Shown here: piece after piece, positions 8,493 through 16,605 of the stretch
Layout of the letters: every line of letters starts with the position of its first letter
Numbering within the stretch: position 1 is the first letter of the stretch
Virus record (IMG/VR): IMGVR_UViG_3300046681_000151
Span: 1-64,000 of that record
Source: a virus
Lineage: Duplodnaviria > Caudoviricetes
Direction: 5' to 3' (one strand)
Length of the DNA stretch: 64,000 nt
Program-made: the position numbers and the translations under genes
Notes under the pieces: generated by a model
What the model was told of the DNA's origin: nothing
What the model saw: only the letters and a program-made list of their open reading frames with translations
Databases searched by the model: none

Positions 8493-8737
8493 GGCTGCTG
8501 CTCCGTGCTGCTGGCGCAGGCGGGGTGCTGTTCGGCGGGGGCAAGCCCTGCCTGGTCGGCGCGCAAGCAGGCCGGGCACGGGGTGGCGGCTGCTTCGGTC
8601 GGGCCGTCGAGGAGTTCGAGGACCCAGGTCGCGGACAGGCTGTCGAAGCCGCGGGCGGTGAGGCCGATGCAGGCGGCCCGGAGTGTGGCCAGCCGCTGCT
8701 CGGCGAGCGGTGCTGCGGATGCGGGCTGCTCGGTCAT
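8489..8737 (-). CDS. hypothetical protein
   Basis: Coupled ORF; CPAC motif. Confidence 0.55.
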   Translation of the reverse strand: MTEQPASAAPLAEQRLATLRAACIGLTARGFDSLSATWVLELLDGPTEAAATPCPACLRADQAGLAPAEQHPACASSTEQQP

Positions 8738-8904
8738 GTCTTCCTCCGCGCTGCGCGTCGTGTCTCCCGGTTGGCGGCAGGTGGTGGGGCGAGGTTCTCG
8801 TCGTCGTCTTCGACCACGGTCTCGGTGGGTCGGACGATGACGGTCTCCCAGTTGCGGCCTCGGGCGCCGGCGTGTTCGCGGCGGGGGTTGGACGGGCCGG
8901 TCAT
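8734..8904 (-). CDS. hypothetical protein
   Basis: Coupled ORF; NRETRRAAR tail. Confidence 0.5.
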   Translation of the reverse strand: MTGPSNPRREHAGARGRNWETVIVRPTETVVEDDDENLAPPPAANRETRRAARRKT

Positions 8905-9263
8905 CGCTGCGCTTCCGAGTTCGTGTCCGCCATGAGCTTCAGCAGGTAGCGCCCCATGTCGGCCATGACGGTGTCCTGCGGGGTGTTGCCCCAGTCGTCG
9001 GTGGGTGCGAGCTTCGTCCACTCGGTGGCCTTGACGGCGACTGCCGCAATAGCTGCTTCGGCTCGGAGTGCCCGTGCCCGGATGTCGGCCACATCTTCGA
9101 CGACGCCTCGGATCGGCCCGGTGACTTCGCCGACGGCCGCGGCGTGCATTTCGGCGACGGTCCCGCAGGCGGATTGTTGGGCGGCGTGCAGGTTGTCGAT
9201 GTCGAAGTACAGCTCGTCGAGGTTCTGTTGGGTGAGCTTGTGGAGGGGCAGGCGGTCGGTCAT
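8901..9263 (-). CDS. hypothetical phage protein
   Basis: AGGAG RBS. Confidence 0.65.
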   Translation of the reverse strand: MTDRLPLHKLTQQNLDELYFDIDNLHAAQQSACGTVAEMHAAAVGEVTGPIRGVVEDVADIRARALRAEAAIAAVAVKATEWTKLAPTDDWGNTPQDTVMADMGRYLLKLMADTNSEAQR

Positions 9264-9312
9264 GTGCGTCTCCTGTGGTGTGTGGTCGTGCAGGCGGGCG
9301 GGAGGACGGCGG

Positions 9313-9645
9313 TCACGCTTCGGCCCCGCAGGTTCGGCATGCGAACCCGGGTGGCGGCTTGTCCATGCAGATGAAGCAGGCGGGCGCGGTGAGGAGTTGC
9401 TCGGGACGGAGTCCGAACACGGTGGCGAGTGCGACGAGGTCGTCGACGATGACGGCGACGGCTGGCTGGCCTGGGTCGCGGCCGTTTTCGATGCGGCCGA
9501 TGGTGCTGTAGCCGATCGGCTTCCCTGCTGCTGCGGTCTGTCTTGCGACTTCGCGGAGGGGCCAGCCGCGTGCGGTGCGGAGGGCGTGGATGTGGGCGCC
9601 GACGATGCGGGAGACGGGGAGGTCTTGGGCTAGGCGGGGCGGCAT
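9313..9645 (-). CDS. XRE-family HTH protein with C-terminal CxxC...CxxC zinc finger
   Basis: IHALRTARGWPLREVA...IGRIENG; CFIC...CRTC. Confidence 0.75.
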   Translation of the reverse strand: MPPRLAQDLPVSRIVGAHIHALRTARGWPLREVARQTAAAGKPIGYSTIGRIENGRDPGQPAVAVIVDDLVALATVFGLRPEQLLTAPACFICMDKPPPGFACRTCGAEA

Positions 9646-10085
9646 CAGGCTGTGATCCTCCTGGTCGGGATGCCTGCCTGTTCGGCGAGGTCTGCGCAGC
9701 CGGATGCGCCGTGGCTGCCGTGGGGTTGCGGGCGGCGGCAGTTGGGTTTGGTGCACGGGCCGATGAAGGCGAGCGCGATGTCCGCGCCGAGGCCGACCAT
9801 GTGGGCGTTGCGGCGGGGCCCGGCACCTGGCCATGGGCCGAAGTACTCAGTCGGATGATTCTGCGCAGGGTGCTCTTCCTCGCGGACGTCGCCCATCTCG
9901 GCTTCGAGCATGTTGGCGACCCAGTCGGAGGCCATCCAGTCGGCACCGGTGGGGCAGCCACCCGTGACTACGACGAAGGGGCCTTTGACGGTGAGCCAGG
10001 CGCGGGTGAGCTGGTGGCGGACCAGTTCCTCGTTGGTCCAGTCGCGGGATCCCGTGACGAGCACCCGGTACGGCTTGTCGGTCAT
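9645..10085 (-). CDS. SLOG/YspA-like (DUF2493) nucleotide-binding protein
   Basis: RVLVTGSRDW...GGCPTGAD...AGPRRN..M...S.G. Confidence 0.8.
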   Translation of the reverse strand: MTDKPYRVLVTGSRDWTNEELVRHQLTRAWLTVKGPFVVVTGGCPTGADWMASDWVANMLEAEMGDVREEEHPAQNHPTEYFGPWPGAGPRRNAHMVGLGADIALAFIGPCTKPNCRRPQPHGSHGASGCADLAEQAGIPTRRITA

Positions 10086-10237
10086 CGTGTGGTCCGTTCT
10101 TCGCGTTGGGTGAGCAGCAGGAGCAGTGCGCGCGCTTTGTCGTCCCAGAGGTCGGCTTGTTGTTGTGCGTGCGCGTATTGGGCGCGGATGGCGCTGGTGG
10201 GGGCGTTGGCGACGAAGTCCGGGTCGAGGGGGATCAC
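10082..10237 (-). CDS. 51-aa hypothetical protein
   Basis: Hand-translated; coupled at both ends. Confidence 0.5.
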   Translation of the reverse strand: MIPLDPDFVANAPTSAIRAQYAHAQQQADLWDDKARALLLLLTQREERTTR

Positions 10238-10503
10238 GGCTGCTCACCGCCGTCGGGCGGGACAGTCCTGCCGACCCGGGCGAGATGTTCGGGGAGCCGC
10301 TCGTCGAAGTCGGCGATCACGCATCCGGTGCCGCCGATCAGCTTGCGGACCATGACGTTCTTCGCGAACCGCCAGCGGATGGCGCCTTCACGGTCGCCCT
10401 TGGCTGCGGTCTCGCGTTCGGCGTCGGCGAGCCAGTCCACATGCCGCTGGATCTTCTTGCGGGCCCACGCGAGCGCTTCGGGATCGCGGTCGTAGTCGGT
10501 CAT
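10234..10503 (-). CDS. hypothetical protein
   Basis: ATGA-coupled; GGAGGG RBS. Confidence 0.6.
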   Translation of the reverse strand: MTDYDRDPEALAWARKKIQRHVDWLADAERETAAKGDREGAIRWRFAKNVMVRKLIGGTGCVIADFDERLPEHLARVGRTVPPDGGEQP

Positions 10504-10826
10504 GCGTGCCCTCCCGGCAGGCTGGCGGCGGCATGGGCGGTGTCGGGCGCCTGGGTGCCGGGGTAGCCGCAACGCTTTTCCTCGAAGAGCCACGTGCAGC
10601 CGGGCGTGGCGCAGTCGATGCCCACGGGGTGGCGGTCGACGTAGCAGAACTGCTTGGCGTAGGCCATGTGTTCGTCGCAGGCGAGCCCGTTCTCCATCGC
10701 GGCGTCCCAGGCGATGTGCCAGGTGGCGGGGTGCATGCAGGTGGTGGCGTCGGTGTCGTCGGGCGAGAAGCCGCAGGGCTGGGCGCTGGTGTCCATGATT
10801 CGGCCGATGGGTGGGGTGAGGTTCAT
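10500..10826 (-). CDS. Cys/His-rich hypothetical protein
   Basis: Coupled ORF with multiple Cys. Confidence 0.6.
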   Translation of the reverse strand: MNLTPPIGRIMDTSAQPCGFSPDDTDATTCMHPATWHIAWDAAMENGLACDEHMAYAKQFCYVDRHPVGIDCATPGCTWLFEEKRCGYPGTQAPDTAHAAASLPGGHA

Positions 10827-11056
10827 GCCGCCTCCTTGGGTTTGATCACGTAGTTGAGTCCGTCATCGAGGTCGAGCCAGACGAGGAGGGTGACCAGCGC
10901 GTCGGCGTCAGGTCGTTTGTCGTCGGCGAGGCGGGAGAACGTGGACGGGGATACGTCGACCTGGTCGGCGAGTTGCCGCCACGTCAGGCCTTGCTGCTGG
11001 CGTCGGTGGTCGAGGCGGCGACGAAGCTCGGGAACGTCGAGTCGGTAGATGCTCAT
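10823..11056 (-). CDS. XRE/Cro-like HTH protein
   Basis: GLTWRQLADQVDVSPSTFSRL. Confidence 0.8.
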   Translation of the reverse strand: MSIYRLDVPELRRRLDHRRQQQGLTWRQLADQVDVSPSTFSRLADDKRPDADALVTLLVWLDLDDGLNYVIKPKEAA

Positions 11057-11367
11057 GCCGCCTCGTCAAGGTCGTCGGTGTCGGTGTGCGCCCAGCTCGG
11101 CCCTGGACGCCCTGAGAGCGTCTCTGCGGGCTCAGGAGCCGCCCGGAGGTCGCCCGGGAGCCCTGAACCCCCCTCAGGGCCTCCAGCGGGCGCCCAGGCG
11201 CCGCGAACGGCCCGCCACACCCGCCGGCAGCCGCGCCACACCACAACACCCGCCGCGTACACGGCCAGCCCCGCCACCCCGCACAGCAGGACCAGCCACA
11301 GCACGCCCGCACGGAGGAGGACGGGGATCGCGGCGAGGGCCTCGGCGAACAACTGCGCGGTGGTCAC
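11053..11367 (-). CDS. small membrane protein
   Basis: Hydrophobic stretch VLWLVLLCGVAGLAVYAAGVVVW. Confidence 0.55.
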   Translation of the reverse strand: MTTAQLFAEALAAIPVLLRAGVLWLVLLCGVAGLAVYAAGVVVWRGCRRVWRAVRGAWAPAGGPEGGSGLPGDLRAAPEPAETLSGRPGPSWAHTDTDDLDEAA

Positions 11368-11654
11368 TGCGACTTGCCGTTCGTGCGCGCATGCCGGACG
11401 CAGCCGCAGCGGGGCGGGCAGGCCCAACGCACGTGCCGGTTGCGGTGCTTGCCCCACCGGTACCGTCCCCGGCCGCAGGCGATCTCGTGGATCACCGCGT
11501 CCGGGGTGCCGATTTCGGCGACCGACCAGCAGTGCGCAGAGTTACGGGCGTCGGAGATCTCGGGGTGCATGCGGTCGACGTGGGCGTTGAACTCTCCGCT
11601 GGGGATCTCCGGGCGGTCCGGGCACCAGATGCAGATGTCGGGGTATGCGGCCAT
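11364..11654 (-). CDS. hypothetical protein (C2H2-like CIWC...H...H)
   Basis: ATG 11654 after AGGAG. Confidence 0.5.
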   Translation of the reverse strand: MAAYPDICIWCPDRPEIPSGEFNAHVDRMHPEISDARNSAHCWSVAEIGTPDAVIHEIACGRGRYRWGKHRNRHVRWACPPRCGCVRHARTNGKSQ

Positions 11655-11655
11655 G

Positions 11656-13368
11656 TCAGTGCTCCTTGCCGGGCTGGGACGCGGCGAGCGGCTCGTCGCA
11701 CTCGCAGCGCTCCCCGTACCGGACGGCCGGGCATTTGCGTGCACGGTGGACGAGGTGGCCGCAGCCGTCGCACTGCGGGACGGCAGGAGCGGGCTCGGTG
11801 GCTTGCGGGCAGTCGGCGTAGTGCCCGATCGGGACGAAGGCGTCGCCCGCAGACCCGCACGTGCAGGCCTTGTCACACTCGGACCCGCAGAAGCAGTGCT
11901 CGCCCTCGGCGTGGGCCTCCTCGCGCTCATGAACAGCGCACAGTTCGCCCGCTTCGGCGTCGCACTCGTCGGGGGCGGGACCGCAGGGGGTGGACTGGCG
12001 CTGCTCGGCCTCGGCCCGATGTGCGGCAACGACGCATTCGCCAGAGCAGTACGGACGTTCGTCGCCGGTGCGGAAGACGTGGTCGTCCTCGTCGTAGTCG
12101 GTGATGTCTTCGCGGCAGCGCGGGCAGAGCAGGCGGCCGTCGGCCTCGGCGCAGGCCGGGCAGAGCGCGAACGCTTCCCGGTTGTCGCCCTTGCAGCGCG
12201 GGCACATCGCTGGGTCGACGGTCGCGGCCTGCCGCGTCAGCGTGTGGTCGGTGGTTCCGGGCCGGGCGTCCGGCACATCCCACGCCTCGGCGGCGGGCTC
12301 CTCGCCAGCCCCGGCCGGGACAACGGCGGGCTGTGGGTCGAGGGCCGCTCGCAGCCGGTCAATGACGGCCTTCACGGCACTCGCCGGTCCAGGGCCGGAG
12401 GTGGCGACGACACGTTCGGCGAAGGCCATCACCTCGCGCACCCGCTCGATCGCGGCTTCGGCCTGCTCGACGCGCTCGTAGTGCAGCGTCCACCGCTCCG
12501 GCACGTCGACCCCGGCCGCCTTGGCGATCGCGGCGATGGATCGCAGCGGCACGTAGGTGCTGCTGTCGCTGATCTTCCAGTCGGCGACGGCCCTGCGGTA
12601 GGCGGCGAGTTCGGACTCCAGCTTCTGGGCGCGCAGGTTGAGACGGCGGTTCGTGGCGCGGGCTTCGGTCAGCCCCTCGGCCTCGGCCGTCAGGTCTTCG
12701 GCCCGGTCGCGGATCGCCTCCCAGGTCGCCCCCGTACCGAGACGCAGCGCAGCCGAGACGGCGAGACGGTACGCCTCCCCGGCAGGCAGGTCGACGGCGG
12801 ACAGCACGGCCAACACCGCGTCGGCTTCGTCGAGGTAGGTGGGCCGCCAGTCGGCTGGCATCGAGGTGTCCGACCAGTACGAGCCCGGGTGCATGTGCTC
12901 GTAGATGGCGGCGGCGATCCGGTCGCGTAGTGCGGTCTCTGCGGGTGCGGCGGCAAGCTGGGCATACATCTGCGCAGTGGTCACGGCGCACCCCGGCTCG
13001 CAGGCGACGACCCGATGGCAGCCTGCATCGAACTTGCAGACGGGCTCGGCCCGGTCGGCGGCGGGCGCCGGGACGGCAGACGGGACAGGCTCGAACTGTG
13101 CGGCGAAGTCGGCGGGCGACTCCTCGTAGAACTCCTCGCCGATCTTCACTACCCAGTAGCCCGGCTCCAGGCCGCGCCAGGTGCCGTGCTTGGACTCCCG
13201 CACGGCGGCGGAAGCGTCCGGGTTCTCGGTGCGGTCCTCGGGTTCGATCTCGTCGAAGTCGGGCCCGCAGAAAGCGCGCAGGGCGTCGGCGTTGCTGCCA
13301 GTCCACTGGACGGCTTCGATCTCGGTGGTGCGGTGGCGGAAGCGGGCGGTCTCGGTCTGGTCGGTCAC
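11656..13368 (-). CDS. large mosaic phage protein with multiple Cys/His clusters
   Basis: GTG 13368 after GAAAGG; N-terminal EIEAVQWTG domain, coiled coils, at least 5 CxxC clusters. Confidence 0.7.
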   Translation of the reverse strand: MTDQTETARFRHRTTEIEAVQWTGSNADALRAFCGPDFDEIEPEDRTENPDASAAVRESKHGTWRGLEPGYWVVKIGEEFYEESPADFAAQFEPVPSAVPAPAADRAEPVCKFDAGCHRVVACEPGCAVTTAQMYAQLAAAPAETALRDRIAAAIYEHMHPGSYWSDTSMPADWRPTYLDEADAVLAVLSAVDLPAGEAYRLAVSAALRLGTGATWEAIRDRAEDLTAEAEGLTEARATNRRLNLRAQKLESELAAYRRAVADWKISDSSTYVPLRSIAAIAKAAGVDVPERWTLHYERVEQAEAAIERVREVMAFAERVVATSGPGPASAVKAVIDRLRAALDPQPAVVPAGAGEEPAAEAWDVPDARPGTTDHTLTRQAATVDPAMCPRCKGDNREAFALCPACAEADGRLLCPRCREDITDYDEDDHVFRTGDERPYCSGECVVAAHRAEAEQRQSTPCGPAPDECDAEAGELCAVHEREEAHAEGEHCFCGSECDKACTCGSAGDAFVPIGHYADCPQATEPAPAVPQCDGCGHLVHRARKCPAVRYGERCECDEPLAASQPGKEH

Positions 13369-13456
13369 AGCGGGCCTTTCGGGTGAGGATGAGACGCCGG
13401 CCGGGGCGATACCAGCGCCCCGGCCGTGCGCGAGGGTCACGGGCTGGCGGCGTGCA

Positions 13457-13723
13457 TCACGCTGCATTCCTGGCCGCCGCAGCCCCGCGGGCATCGCTGA
13501 CGCACAGGACCGACAGCACACTGAAGTGGCCGGCCTTGGCGTCCCACTCGGTACGGATCCACCGCACCGTCCACGGCACGCCCCGCCTGTCGACGGTGTC
13601 GGCACAGAAGGCGTCACGGAACTGCACGCTCTGGTCGAGACTCGCCGCGCGGTGGCTGGAGTCGGTGAAGGTCTGGCCGGTGGTCCAGATGTCGACGGTC
13701 AGGGCGTCACGGGTACTGGTCAC
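13457..13723 (-). CDS. hypothetical protein
   Basis: GTGA-coupled; GAGGAG RBS. Confidence 0.5.
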   Translation of the reverse strand: MTSTRDALTVDIWTTGQTFTDSSHRAASLDQSVQFRDAFCADTVDRRGVPWTVRWIRTEWDAKAGHFSVLSVLCVSDARGAAAARNAA

Positions 13724-13947
13724 GCCGACTCCTCGGCGGAGGTCAGCGATGTGCGGCGCGGGTGGCGCAGGACGGGCGTGCGGTCTTCCGGGTCGAGCAG
13801 CATCAGCAGCAGTTCGCCGGGTTCGCCCGTCGCCGCGATGCAGGACCGGCAGCGGCATGCGACGGCCAGCAGGGGGGTGATGGGGCCGAGGCTGCCGTCG
13901 TAGGTGACGAGAGTGTTGATGATCGGGTCGGCGGTCTGGCCAGTCAC
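13720..13947 (-). CDS. hypothetical protein
   Basis: AAGGAG RBS; CRCRSC motif. Confidence 0.55.
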   Translation of the reverse strand: MTGQTADPIINTLVTYDGSLGPITPLLAVACRCRSCIAATGEPGELLLMLLDPEDRTPVLRHPRRTSLTSAEESA

Positions 13948-14216
13948 GGTGTGCTCCTTGGTGGTGTGGGGTCGGGCATCGGGTTCTCCTGGGTGGTGGG
14001 GCGGGGCGGCGTGGGCTGCGGCCAGGAGGCCACAGGCGGCCCTAGGAGCCGCCAGGAGCGTCCGGGAGGACGCGGGGGGCCTCGACGGGCCCTGAGGCCG
14101 CCAGAGGCGAACTGGGAGCGCCAGGCGGGGCCTTCGCAGCCGCCCGACGCTGCCCCGGCTTCGCCGTCAGCAGCCCGTCCCGCACCGCCATCGCACGCAC
14201 CGCCCGCTCCAACACC

Positions 14217-14400
14217 GCAGCCAGCACCTGACCCGGTTGACCTCCTCCTAGGCCTAAAGGCCTGGGATTTCCGCCTGCTGCCACACGAGACGCGTGGGTC
14301 GCTTCGGGTGGGTTCCTGCTTCGCCGCGCTGCGCCGGGACGAGTCCCGGTCTTACCTGCGCTCCACAGGCTGATACCGCCAGTCCGGCGGCCTTGGCGAC
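14217..14400 (-). ncRNA. predicted omegaRNA (reRNA) plus flank-derived guide
   Basis: Position at the tnpB 3' end and right end; 5' boundary approximate; guide CCGGGTCAGGTGCTGGCTGC. Confidence 0.55.
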
Positions 14401-15486
14401 GTTGACCGCCGCATTGATGTCCCGGTCCAGAACCGCCCCGCACTCCTTGCATGTCCACACGCGGACACTGAGAGGCTTCGGGCCGTCCTTGACGCCGCAC
14501 ACGCAGCACACCTGAGAGGTGGGCTCGAAACGGCCGATGCGGTGAAAGGTGCGCCCGTAGCGGGCGGCTTTGTATTCCAACATCGACACGAATTGGGCCC
14601 AGCCGGCATCGTGGATCGACTTCGCGAGCCGGGTGCGGGCGAGGCCCTTCACGCACAGGTCTTCCACGGCGACCGCTTGGTTCTCGCGAATCAACTTCGT
14701 GGACAACTTGTGGTGAAACTCGCGGCGCGCGTCGGCCACCCGCGCATGCTGGCGGGCAACCTTGCGCCGGGCCTTGTCGCGGTTCTTGCTGCCCTTCTCC
14801 TTGCGGGAGAAGGTGCGCTGCGCCTTCTTTAGGCGTTTCTCGGCTCGACGCAGGAAGCGCGGCGAGGCGATCTTCGTGCCGTCCGAGAGGATCGCGAAAT
14901 GCCCGAGCCCTAGATCGACCCCGACTTCGGAGGCCGCCTGCGGCAGGGTCTCTTCCGGGCCGGTCTCGACGACGAAGCTGGCAAAGTACCGGCCCGCCCT
15001 GTCCTTGATCACGGTCACTGTGGATGGCGCCGAGGGCAGGCTGCGGGACCACTTCACCCGCACGTCGCCGATCTTCGGCAGTCGCAGCTTCTGCTCCGCC
15101 GTGATCGACCAGCGGGCGTTCGCCGTGAAACGAACCGACTGGCGGGTGTCCCGCTTGGACTTGAAGCGAGGCGCACCCATGCGTGGGCGCTTGCCCTTCA
15201 AGCCGTCGAAGTAGTTCCGGTAGGCCGCGTCCAGGTCCCTCAGGGACTGCTGAAGGACGACGGCCGACACTTCGCCGAGCCATGCACGGTCGGGCCGATT
15301 CTTCGCGTCGGTGATCACCAGCTTCGACAGGTCGCTGGCATTCGGAAATGGACTGCCGTTTCTGTAGGCGGTCTCCCGGGCCCTGAGAGCGTCGTTGTAG
15401 ACCACCCGAGCACACCCGAACGCCCTTGCCAACGCTGTGCGCTGACCGGCGCTCGGGTACAAGCGGAAGCCGTACCGAAGCTGCAT
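14254..15486 (-). CDS. tnpB: RNA-guided endonuclease TnpB
   Basis: RYGFRLYP HTH; RuvC GVDLG, VEDL, DRDINAA intact; CCVC/CKEC zinc finger. Confidence 0.95.
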   Translation of the reverse strand: MQLRYGFRLYPSAGQRTALARAFGCARVVYNDALRARETAYRNGSPFPNASDLSKLVITDAKNRPDRAWLGEVSAVVLQQSLRDLDAAYRNYFDGLKGKRPRMGAPRFKSKRDTRQSVRFTANARWSITAEQKLRLPKIGDVRVKWSRSLPSAPSTVTVIKDRAGRYFASFVVETGPEETLPQAASEVGVDLGLGHFAILSDGTKIASPRFLRRAEKRLKKAQRTFSRKEKGSKNRDKARRKVARQHARVADARREFHHKLSTKLIRENQAVAVEDLCVKGLARTRLAKSIHDAGWAQFVSMLEYKAARYGRTFHRIGRFEPTSQVCCVCGVKDGPKPLSVRVWTCKECGAVLDRDINAAVNVAKAAGLAVSACGAQVRPGLVPAQRGEAGTHPKRPTRLVWQQAEIPGL

Positions 15487-15534
15487 GGTCCCATTGTAGA
15501 CCCATATTGGGACCAGTGCCAGAATGGGACCATG
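15484..15534. promoter_or_regulatory. symmetric divergent leaderless promoters/operator
   Basis: Perfect 12-bp IR CATGGTCCCATT...AATGGGACCATG; TACAAT-GGGACC-ATG (tnpB) and CAGAAT-GGGACC-ATG (RHH). Confidence 0.7.
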
Positions 15535-15714
15535 ACGAAGCATGTGAACCTGCGTCTCCCGGACGACGTACACGAAATGGCCGTGGCCGCAGCGGTATCC
15601 GACGACCGTTCTCTGAACTCTTGGCTGATCGCTGTCGTTCGACGAGCCGCAGCCGAGACCGCCAGTGCGGAGAGCGCAGATCCGCGCCCGCGACCAAACC
15701 CGAAACGTCCTTGA
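15532..15714 (+). CDS. Arc/HicB-like ribbon-helix-helix DNA-binding protein
   Basis: KHVNLRLPDDVHE...DDRSLNSWL. Confidence 0.8.
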   Translation: MTKHVNLRLPDDVHEMAVAAAVSDDRSLNSWLIAVVRRAAAETASAESADPRPRPNPKRP

Positions 15715-15925
15715 GGTTCGCTTCGCCGCCAGGCCGGATCGCGGTGCGCAGCGGGTAGCAGTCGGCGATGATCCGCTCGGCGTCGGCGGTCAGGTACTTG
15801 CGCGTCGACTGGCGGCGGCGGGGAGGCGGGGTACGAGTGGTGCGGTCAGGCATCGGGTTCTCCCTTGCGGCTGGATAGGGTTCGGGCCAGACCCGCGCCG
15901 CTACAGACGGCGCGGGTCGCTGCGT

Positions 15926-16336
15926 TCACGGGGTGGGGGCGGAGGCGTCCTCGGCCGCCCACTGCTCCTCGCGCTCACGCAGCCGGCACTCGACGTCGAA
16001 CTTGCCCTCGTAGTCGCGGTCCTGCTCGGCTTGCGCGATCAGCGCGGTGTAGCTACTGCGGACCTCGTTGCGCTTCGCCTCGACCATCGGCCGCTCCAAC
16101 CACCAGATGCGGGCCCTCAGCCGACGGATCTCCATGTCGGAGCTGGCAACGGACTGGGCCCAGTTGTCGGCGAGCGCCTTCAACTCGGCATCCGCAACGG
16201 CCATGTAGGCGCGCAGGGCGTTGCGGTCGACCTCGCGGCCGGCAGCGAGCGCGACGGCCTCCCAGCGGGCGATGCGGACCTCGGGCGGCTCGAACTGGTC
16301 GAAGGTGTCGGGCTGTTGGGTGGCGGGGCTGGTCAT
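15926..16336 (-). CDS. hypothetical coiled-coil protein
   Basis: GAAGGAG RBS. Confidence 0.65.
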   Translation of the reverse strand: MTSPATQQPDTFDQFEPPEVRIARWEAVALAAGREVDRNALRAYMAVADAELKALADNWAQSVASSDMEIRRLRARIWWLERPMVEAKRNEVRSSYTALIAQAEQDRDYEGKFDVECRLREREEQWAAEDASAPTP

Positions 16337-16404
16337 GCGGATCTCTCCTTCGGTGGGCGGTTAGGCGGGGGTGCTGTCGCGGTGCGGGGTGGGGGTGGCG
16401 GGGG

Positions 16405-16605
16405 TCATGCGGCCTCGCCGTGCTCGCGCCGCTCACGGGCGCGGTAGATCTCGGAATAGGCCGACAACAGGCGGCTGGTGGCCCAGCGGTGGCCACAGGC
16501 CGGGCACTGGTAGCCGTGGACGATCGAGTCGTCGCGGCGCCGTTCGGCGGCCGGATTCACGCCGCGCTCGCAGCAGTTGGGGCAGGAGTCGGTCATGGCG
16601 GTCAC
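16405..16605 (-). CDS. small zinc-ribbon protein
   Basis: CPNC...YQCPACGHRW. Confidence 0.7.
   Translation of the reverse strand: MTAMTDSCPNCCERGVNPAAERRRDDSIVHGYQCPACGHRWATSRLLSAYSEIYRARERREHGEAA

Larger units (their letters stand above)
14237..15754 (-). mobile_element. IS200/IS605-family (IS1341-like, tnpA-less) element
   Basis: Right end hairpin ...CCCAGGCCTTTAGGCCTAGGAGGAGGTCAA; inserted 3' of CTAC; no target-site duplication. Confidence 0.8.
14042..15853 (-). pseudogene. small phage gene interrupted by an IS200/IS605 element (reconstructed: ...IADCY|PGQVLAAVLERAVRAM...)
   Basis: 5' part 15755..15853 and 3' part 14042..14236 join in frame when 14237..15754 is removed. Confidence 0.65.

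Noticed and set aside
11374-12930. Long plus-strand ORFs (this 518-aa ORF, 17265..18227, 55612..57084 and similar)
   Set aside because: They are antisense shadows of real minus-strand genes, expected in high-GC DNA, with no motifs or RBS.
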